From: Nitrososphaerota archaeon
GTDB lineage: Archaea; Thermoproteota; Nitrososphaeria; Nitrososphaerales; Nitrosopumilaceae
Assembly: GCA_028867755.1 (NCBI GenBank)
Contig: JAGWFT010000001.1
Span: 292,727 to 356,726, forward strand
Direction of reading: 5' to 3'
DNA length: 64,000 nucleotides
Shown here: in pieces, positions 57,896 to 64,000 of the stretch
How positions within the stretch are numbered: the first letter of the stretch is position 1
Layout: the number at the start of each line of letters is the position of its first letter
Position numbers and translations under genes: made by a program
The notes under the pieces: model-generated
Told to the model about the DNA's origin: nothing
The model's database searches: none
What the model saw: only the letters and a program-made list of their open reading frames with translations

Positions 57896-58993
57896 CTAGA
57901 GTCTGTATTTTAGGTAGTCTGGCTCAGAAATGGTACCAGCAGCAATCTCGGAACTGGCATTGTCCTTCTGTACTAGTATGACACCTGGCAAATCTTTTGG
58001 TGCATCAGAGTATCGAAATGTAATGTCTGAAGATAATTTTAGATTGTTCTGGGAATCGTCTCCGCGCAAAAGTGATATTGGTCCCATGTGATCTTTTGTC
58101 TCAAACAATGTATCTCCTGGAAGGGCAAGGGCCTTTAGCATCTCGTTTTCGTCCTTGTTTCTTCCAACAATTAATTTTGTTTTTGCGTCAAACCTGAAAT
58201 GTCTTCCAATCTTTAGCAGATCAATATCATTTGTTGTTGGGGTTTCAGTATGCTTGAAAAGATCTTTTGCTCTGATTGCAAATCTTGGATCTGTAAGCAG
58301 GCAACCGCCACCTGCATTTGGAGGATCGACAAACCCAAACTCTTCTGCCATCTTTAGCTGTTCTTTTCTTGATCGCCCGCGAATCATTCCAAGATTTTCC
58401 CGCTTGATGATGCCGTTCTCTTCAGGCTCTGTCTTTGGCAGTAGTGCACCAGAAAGTGGCCTTACAATTTTTCCCTCAAGACCTGATTCTTTTTCAATTG
58501 TTCTTAATGCCGGGCCATGCTGTGACATTGGTCGCTGCCCCAGGACCTCGCCTGAGATGATAAACTCTGCACCAATGTCTTCCATGACTTGTTTTCCGGC
58601 CTTGAACATCATTGCACGACAATCGATGCACGGGTTCATGCCAGAACCAAATCCGTGCTTTGGATTTTTTAGCATCTGGATGTAATCGTCTCCAAGATAA
58701 ACTGTTTTGAGGTCAACGCCCAGCATATCTGCAGTACCTCTAATCTCAAAACCACAACCTCTCCCACAATCAAAATCACAAAACGGAGTCTTTATTGCAA
58801 CCGCAGTAACATCAAAGCCCTGCTTTTGCATCATCTTGACAGCTAGTCTACTGTCTAGTCCTCCTGATAGCAATGCTACAACTTTTTTCTTTTCTTCCAC
58901 GATACCAAAATTCTGTTTTCCATTATCTAAAGGTACTGTCATTGTTCCAGCAAACATAAATTGAGATGTGCCAATATTTGAGACTGGATGCAA
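57896..58993 (-). CDS. ThiI/MnmA-like PP-loop thiouridylase-family protein with C-terminal DUF814-like domain
   Basis: ALLSGGLDS, NPCIDCR, GEVLGQRPMSQ, GGCLLTD, GRHFR; true start probably downstream of 58993. Confidence 0.75.
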   Translation of the reverse strand: MHPVSNIGTSQFMFAGTMTVPLDNGKQNFGIVEEKKKVVALLSGGLDSRLAVKMMQKQGFDVTAVAIKTPFCDFDCGRGCGFEIRGTADMLGVDLKTVYLGDDYIQMLKNPKHGFGSGMNPCIDCRAMMFKAGKQVMEDIGAEFIISGEVLGQRPMSQHGPALRTIEKESGLEGKIVRPLSGALLPKTEPEENGIIKRENLGMIRGRSRKEQLKMAEEFGFVDPPNAGGGCLLTDPRFAIRAKDLFKHTETPTTNDIDLLKIGRHFRFDAKTKLIVGRNKDENEMLKALALPGDTLFETKDHMGPISLLRGDDSQNNLKLSSDITFRYSDAPKDLPGVILVQKDNASSEIAAGTISEPDYLKYRL

Positions 58994-60049
58994 AATCGCA
59001 GAAAAAATCTCTTGAAATTTTGCAATAAACTAGAATGCGATACGCTTGTTGCCTTTGAGCCTGAGAACCTCTTTTACATGACTGGATTTTGGGGAGAAGC
59101 TATAGGGATACTTGACAAGAGTGGTGCTACGATAATTGCGCCAGAGCTTGAGGTGGGACGCGCAAAGGAAGAGTCGGTAAACTGTAGGGTGGTAAAATCC
59201 GAGCGCGGCAAGGGGTCTATTTCCACTCTTATTGATGTTATCAAAGGCAGAAAGATCTGCACTGACACAAACAACTATGACATGGTATTATCTCTCAAGA
59301 AGAGCCTGTCGCGGGTAAGGTCAACAACTGAGCCATTCTACCAGGCACGACAGGTAAAGGACCAGGATGAAATTGGTATACTCAAAAAGTGTTCGTCGAT
59401 ACTAGACGAGATGTATGAGCTCTGTGTGGATGAAATCAGGATAGGCATGTCAGAGATGGAGCTCCAGACCATATTGATGTCGTATGCGATGGAACGCGGT
59501 GCATTTGCAACAGGATACAAGTCCACACTCCAGCCGTTGATTATAGCTGGAGGACCAAACAGTGCACTTCCACATGCACAGGTAACAGAGCGTAGGTTTC
59601 AGGATGGTGATATGATTGTGGCAGATCTTACACTACGACACAAGGGGTATGTCTCTGATGCGACAAGAACATTTGGATTGGGCAATGTATCAGCAGAGGC
59701 AAAAAAAGTATATGATATTGTAAAAAAATCACAGGAGGCAGGTCTGCGAGCAGTAAGACCTGGTGTTTCTTGCAAGTCAGTTGACGATGCATGCAGAAAG
59801 GTGATATCAAAAAAAGGATACGGAAAATATTTCATCCATTCGACAGGACATGGCATAGGTCTTGAGGTGCATGAGCTGCCAAACCTTGGGCCATCAAGTC
59901 AAGCTGTATTGTCAAAGAACATGGCAATAACAGTAGAGCCTGGAATCTATCTTCCAGGGAAATTTGGTGTGAGAATTGAGGATTCGTTGATTGTTGGAGC
60001 AAAACCTAACGTGATGCACAAGTTTACAAAAGAATTGATTGTTGTTTGA
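58988..60049 (+). CDS. Xaa-Pro aminopeptidase (M24 family)
   Basis: SALPH, YVSDATRT, HSTGHGIGLEVHE, TVEPGIY, GVRIED. Confidence 0.93.
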   Translation: MQNRRKNLLKFCNKLECDTLVAFEPENLFYMTGFWGEAIGILDKSGATIIAPELEVGRAKEESVNCRVVKSERGKGSISTLIDVIKGRKICTDTNNYDMVLSLKKSLSRVRSTTEPFYQARQVKDQDEIGILKKCSSILDEMYELCVDEIRIGMSEMELQTILMSYAMERGAFATGYKSTLQPLIIAGGPNSALPHAQVTERRFQDGDMIVADLTLRHKGYVSDATRTFGLGNVSAEAKKVYDIVKKSQEAGLRAVRPGVSCKSVDDACRKVISKKGYGKYFIHSTGHGIGLEVHELPNLGPSSQAVLSKNMAITVEPGIYLPGKFGVRIEDSLIVGAKPNVMHKFTKELIVV

Positions 60050-60095
60050 TGATCCTTTTCAGATTGCAGTAATGCTGGTCAAATAATCAGAATCA

Positions 60096-60392
60096 TTAAA
60101 AATTGTCACTAAATTTTTTCATGCTGGCATTAACGTTGTCCTGAGCAGATGGGCTTTTGGGCTTGTACTCATTTTTATGAATGCGCCTTGCCATCTTTTT
60201 CTGGTGTTCCTCCCTAGAATGTGCCAGCCTGTCTGTCTCATGTATGAATTCCTTCCCGCACTGGTCGCATTTTACAATGTCATGGTGGTGTACATGGCGT
60301 GCATGATGTATCAATTCATCATAGCTTGAGAATTTTTCCTTGCATTGCTCGCATTCATTTTTCTCTTTATGAAAAAGGTTCACTTGTTTCAT
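60096..60392 (-). CDS. Tandem C2H2 zinc-finger protein
   Basis: CEQC...F....L..H...VH and CDQC...F.......H...EH. Confidence 0.8.
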   Translation of the reverse strand: MKQVNLFHKEKNECEQCKEKFSSYDELIHHARHVHHHDIVKCDQCGKEFIHETDRLAHSREEHQKKMARRIHKNEYKPKSPSAQDNVNASMKKFSDNF

Positions 60393-60481
60393 ATTCTAAC
60401 TGTGTCTATTAAATCGGTATGATGATTCTCTTCAAATGACAGGCAAGCAGAATTTTTTAGTTAGCTTGTGTATATGATAAC

Positions 60482-60604
60482 ATGAATTTTGGCCTTTGTC
60501 CCTTTTGCAACTTGCACAGGGAACTTGGCTCATACCACTCCAAAAAATATGGCAAGACAGTTGAGATATGCAGTGACTGCTACAAATCAAAACAGCTTGA
60601 TTAA
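60482..60604 (+). CDS. Small Zn-finger protein, 40 aa (below the ORF-track cutoff)
   Basis: My translation: MNFGLCPFCNLHRELGSYHSKKYGKTVEICSDCYKSKQLD; two CxxC. Confidence 0.5.
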   Translation: MNFGLCPFCNLHRELGSYHSKKYGKTVEICSDCYKSKQLD

Positions 60605-60673
60605 TCAAAAAAAATTGGAAATGAACTAATTTATACATTTGATTAGAGAAATATTGTTCATGCGTGATATTGC

Positions 60674-62290
60674 ATGAGTAGCACAAATTCTGCCTCAGAG
60701 AGTCCACTAAAAAACACCCTGTATAGATTTCTATGGGTTACAATGTTTGCATCAGACATAGGCGCTGCCATGCAAACTGTTGGTTCTGGCTGGCTGATGA
60801 CGTCACTTGTCCACTCTCCTCTCATTGTAACACTTTTACAAATGGTTACAAGCTTGTCAATATTTCTGCTTGCACTTCCGGCAGGAGCTCTTGCAGATAT
60901 TGTTGACAGACGTAAACTATTCCTTGCCACACAATATTTCTCACTTGCAGTAGCTGCAACCTTGAGCATCCTTACCTTTGGAGGTTTTACCACGTCTTCA
61001 ATTCTTGTTGTGTTTACCTTATTGCTTGGCATGGGTAATGCAATGAGCTTACCTGTAAATATCGTAATTCAAACTGAGATTGTGCCAAAGAAAAAAGCTC
61101 TTGCCGCATTGACTTTGTTTAGCGTGGCAATTTACATCGGACTTGCAGCAGGTCCACTCCTTGGTGGCCTGGTAGTTGCTGCAGCAGGACCATGGGCAGT
61201 CTTTACGTTAAATGCACTCTCCTTTGTTGGAATCATTGTTTTTCTTCACAGGTGGCGTAAACCGCCAGAGCGTAAACTTCTTCCACCTGAGCAAGTAATC
61301 GGAGCTATTCGTACAGGATTGCGGTACATGCGTCATTCATTGCATGTACGTGCACTATTTGTTCGCGACTTTTCATTGACAATTTGTGGCAGTGCATTGG
61401 TATCGCTCTTGCCTCTCTTGGCTCGTAATGAGGCAGGTTCAAACTCAATTCTTTTTGGAATTCTGATTGGTGCATTTGGCATAGGAGGAATGATCAGTGG
61501 CCTACTGATAGTACCACGCATAAAAAATACCTCAATAGAAAAACGCGTAACAAGTGCGACAATTTTGTATGCGGTTGCAATGGCAGTCTTGTCATTCCAG
61601 CATAACATCATCATTGTGTTTGTTGGAATATTTGCAGTTGGAATTGCACTGATTGTTATAACATCTAGTTTGAATTTTGTTGCGTACAATTCTGTAGCAT
61701 CATGGGTAAGAACACGTGTAGTCTCAGTTCACCAGATGATGTATTGGGGCGGGGTGGCTTTTGGTAGTATTGTATGGGGAATTGTTGCAGAAATTTGGGG
61801 AATTCCAACTGCATTGCTTGCCGCAGCAATTGGATTAGTAATAGGTCTTGCCATCTCAACTCGTTACAAACTAAAACCACACACTGACGTAGACATGACT
61901 CCATCAATGCATTGGTCTATGCCACGTGCGATGATTGACATTGATGACCACGAGGAGGGATTAGTATTAGTAGAGATGGAGTTTCAGATTGATCCAGCAC
62001 GTTCACACGAGTTCGAGTCTGCAATGAACGACGTACGTTCTCTAATATTGCGTGATGGTGCAATCAATTGGGAATTGTTTCATGATATTGAAAATCCAAG
62101 TCGCTATGTTATGATGTTTACCTCAGAATCCTGGACTGAACATTTGCGCCAGCATGAACGCATAACAAAGGCAGATTTAGCCATTGAGGAACACGCTAGA
62201 TCATTTCATATAGGAAAAGATCCTCCGCGTGTTTCCCACCTCATTAGTGAGAATACTTTCAAACCAAATCCTAGGCATGAAAAAGAATAG
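60674..62290 (+). CDS. MFS transporter (MFS_3 type) with C-terminal soluble domain
   Basis: GALADIVDRRK, 12 TM helices, C-terminal F..AM...R....RDGA..W.L.HD......W.EHLRQH.R. Confidence 0.88.
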   Translation: MSSTNSASESPLKNTLYRFLWVTMFASDIGAAMQTVGSGWLMTSLVHSPLIVTLLQMVTSLSIFLLALPAGALADIVDRRKLFLATQYFSLAVAATLSILTFGGFTTSSILVVFTLLLGMGNAMSLPVNIVIQTEIVPKKKALAALTLFSVAIYIGLAAGPLLGGLVVAAAGPWAVFTLNALSFVGIIVFLHRWRKPPERKLLPPEQVIGAIRTGLRYMRHSLHVRALFVRDFSLTICGSALVSLLPLLARNEAGSNSILFGILIGAFGIGGMISGLLIVPRIKNTSIEKRVTSATILYAVAMAVLSFQHNIIIVFVGIFAVGIALIVITSSLNFVAYNSVASWVRTRVVSVHQMMYWGGVAFGSIVWGIVAEIWGIPTALLAAAIGLVIGLAISTRYKLKPHTDVDMTPSMHWSMPRAMIDIDDHEEGLVLVEMEFQIDPARSHEFESAMNDVRSLILRDGAINWELFHDIENPSRYVMMFTSESWTEHLRQHERITKADLAIEEHARSFHIGKDPPRVSHLISENTFKPNPRHEKE

Positions 62291-62327
62291 AAAAGCCCTG
62301 TCTATGTCGTACAAGTGAGAAATAAAA

Positions 62328-63794
62328 ATGAAAGAAAATCAAGATGGCACAGAGCCAAGCAAGAATAATTCTGTGGTTCCCGTCTCATCTTCTGCATGGC
62401 TTTCCCTTGCTATCATTTGTGGGCTTGCTCTTGTTACAATGTATGGCGAGACGATGGTCCTGCCGGCTATTCCTGACTTTATCCGAGATTTTGGCATCTC
62501 GTACAATACATCGTCTTGGATTCTTTCTTCATATCTGATAGCAGGCGCGGTAATGACGCCTATTGCAGGCAAACTTTCAGACATCTATGGCAAAAAGAAG
62601 ATACTCCTAATTGTGATGATGATATATTCTGCAGGAATTTTAGCAGGAGGATTTTCAAACTCATTGCCTTTTTTGTTATCCGCTAGGATTGCACAAGGTG
62701 TAGGAATATCGATGTTCCCAATCGCATTTGGTATAGTACGTGATATTTTTCCAATTCAAAAGCTTGGAATGGCCCAAGGAATATTTACTTCAACATTTTT
62801 TGGAGGCTCTGTAATAGGCCTCATAGCTGGTGCAAAAATAATTTCTGATTATGGCTGGCATGCAACTTTTTTTTCTGTATTTCCTATAGCAATAGTATTG
62901 GCTTTTATAATGAACAGGTTCATTAATGTAAAAAAAACAGAACAAGAAGATACAGAGGCAACGGGAATAGATGTCAAGGGCACGTTAGCGCTATCTTTTA
63001 CGGTAGTCTTGTTTTTGATGGGCCTGTCTTTTCTTCAAGACATAGGCTCTGGGAATCTGGATTCTCTGGGCTTTTTTGCAGGATCCGCTGTATCGCTGAT
63101 AATTTTTGCAAGTCTTGAAAAAAGAGTTGCCCATCCACTAATTGATCTAAAGGTGCTTTCAGACAAGGTACTTTTGCCATCCAATATTATCATGATTATA
63201 GTTGGAGTTTCCACATTCATGGTATACCAAACCATACCAATACTGATACGCAGCCCAAGCCCCCTTGGCTTTGGCGGTGACGTAATAACAGTAGCAGAAG
63301 TTCAGCTACCGTTCATGATTGTCTCCCTTGTAGTATCTGCAGCAGGAGGCTTTTTCCTCTCAAGGATAGGAAATTTCAACCTCACAGCACTTGGAACAAC
63401 AATCTGTGCAGTTGGATTTTTTAGCATACTGGCATTTCACTTTACCGAATCTACAATATCTGCTACATTGGCAATAATCTCGGTAGGACTGTCATTTGCA
63501 ATTGTAGGTGGTTTTAACATAATTCTAATGTCATCGCCTCAAAAGGTACAGGGAATATCTCTTGGCATGTCTGTATTGTTAATGCTTGTAGGAAACTCGC
63601 TTGGGCCTTCACTTGCAGGCATGTATCAGCAAATGTATCGGGATACAATACCAAATCTTTCTGGCAGCTTTCCGTCTGCGCAAGCATACGATCAGATATT
63701 TCTAACTGCCGCATTGTTATCCGTAGTTTCAGTTATTTTTGCAATCTCATTACGAAAAAAGATGGGAACAAAAACTAGCATGGTCTTAGGTTGA
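62328..63794 (+). CDS. MFS efflux transporter (DHA2-like, 14 TM)
   Basis: GKLSDIYGKKK motif A, RIAQGVG, PLIDL. Confidence 0.88.
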   Translation: MKENQDGTEPSKNNSVVPVSSSAWLSLAIICGLALVTMYGETMVLPAIPDFIRDFGISYNTSSWILSSYLIAGAVMTPIAGKLSDIYGKKKILLIVMMIYSAGILAGGFSNSLPFLLSARIAQGVGISMFPIAFGIVRDIFPIQKLGMAQGIFTSTFFGGSVIGLIAGAKIISDYGWHATFFSVFPIAIVLAFIMNRFINVKKTEQEDTEATGIDVKGTLALSFTVVLFLMGLSFLQDIGSGNLDSLGFFAGSAVSLIIFASLEKRVAHPLIDLKVLSDKVLLPSNIIMIIVGVSTFMVYQTIPILIRSPSPLGFGGDVITVAEVQLPFMIVSLVVSAAGGFFLSRIGNFNLTALGTTICAVGFFSILAFHFTESTISATLAIISVGLSFAIVGGFNIILMSSPQKVQGISLGMSVLLMLVGNSLGPSLAGMYQQMYRDTIPNLSGSFPSAQAYDQIFLTAALLSVVSVIFAISLRKKMGTKTSMVLG

Positions 63795-63865
63795 GACGCA
63801 AAGGTTGTATCAGCAAGTAAATTGTTAAAATATTAAAATAAGAACCGTTTGAATACTATCCAAAA

Positions 63866-64000
63866 TTATGTAATAGTACTACAAAATTCCAGGCAATCGA
63901 TAGTTCTCAAAGCATCGTATTGCCTATAAGTCAACCACTCTAGAAATTCTGTGCCTACATATTTGAACTTGAAGCGAACCAAAATTTTCCTTCTACTTGA
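63866..64000 (-). CDS. Partial hypothetical protein (3' end; runs off the window)
   Basis: Open frame ...RRKILVRFKFKYVGTEFLEWLTYRQYDALRTIDCLEFCSTIT*. Confidence 0.4.
   Translation of the reverse strand, partial: SSRRKILVRFKFKYVGTEFLEWLTYRQYDALRTIDCLEFCSTIT

Noticed and set aside
843-63714. Numerous short antisense or alternative-frame ORFs in the track (e.g. 13219-13557, 54154-54717, 58155-58685, 60658-61032)
   Set aside because: They lie within well-supported genes on the opposite strand or frame and lack motifs; treated as shadow ORFs.

Overview
AT-rich archaeal chromosomal segment from an ammonia-oxidising archaeon (Nitrososphaerota). This rests on a PEFG-CTERM protein, thaumarchaeal-style exported proteins, TBP, thermosome, proteasome beta, aCPSF1 and G1P dehydrogenase; a Nitrosotalea-like host is an inference. 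Layout: (i) 0-9.3 kb accessory block with exported proteins, a vsr / C5-methyltransferase / receiver / GHKL-ATPase-histidine-kinase module with no visible restriction nuclease, and a repeat-rich origin-like non-coding region. (ii) 9.4-15 kb small housekeeping and stress genes, including arsC plus an aquaporin. (iii) 15.5-30.4 kb phosphate/polyphosphate cluster: secreted phosphoesterase, tandem thymidylate-kinase-like pair, sixA, ppx, CHAD, AbrB-PhoU, pstCAB-phoU and two pstS. (iv) 33-52 kb nitrogen/nickel cluster: TBP paralogue, ureohydrolase with a stand-alone urease-gamma-like protein and a Zn finger, Na+/solute symporter, an orphan ParB-like protein surrounded by four copies of a GTTCGA-N3-TCGAAC palindrome, ureABC/EFGD, a His-tailed chaperonin, dhs/pdaD/dhs-like, and a NiCoT permease with a NikR-type box. 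(v) 53-64 kb core genes and two MFS transporters. I saw no rRNA, tRNA, CRISPR array, integrase or transposase. All calls are from reading motifs by eye; no database searches were run.
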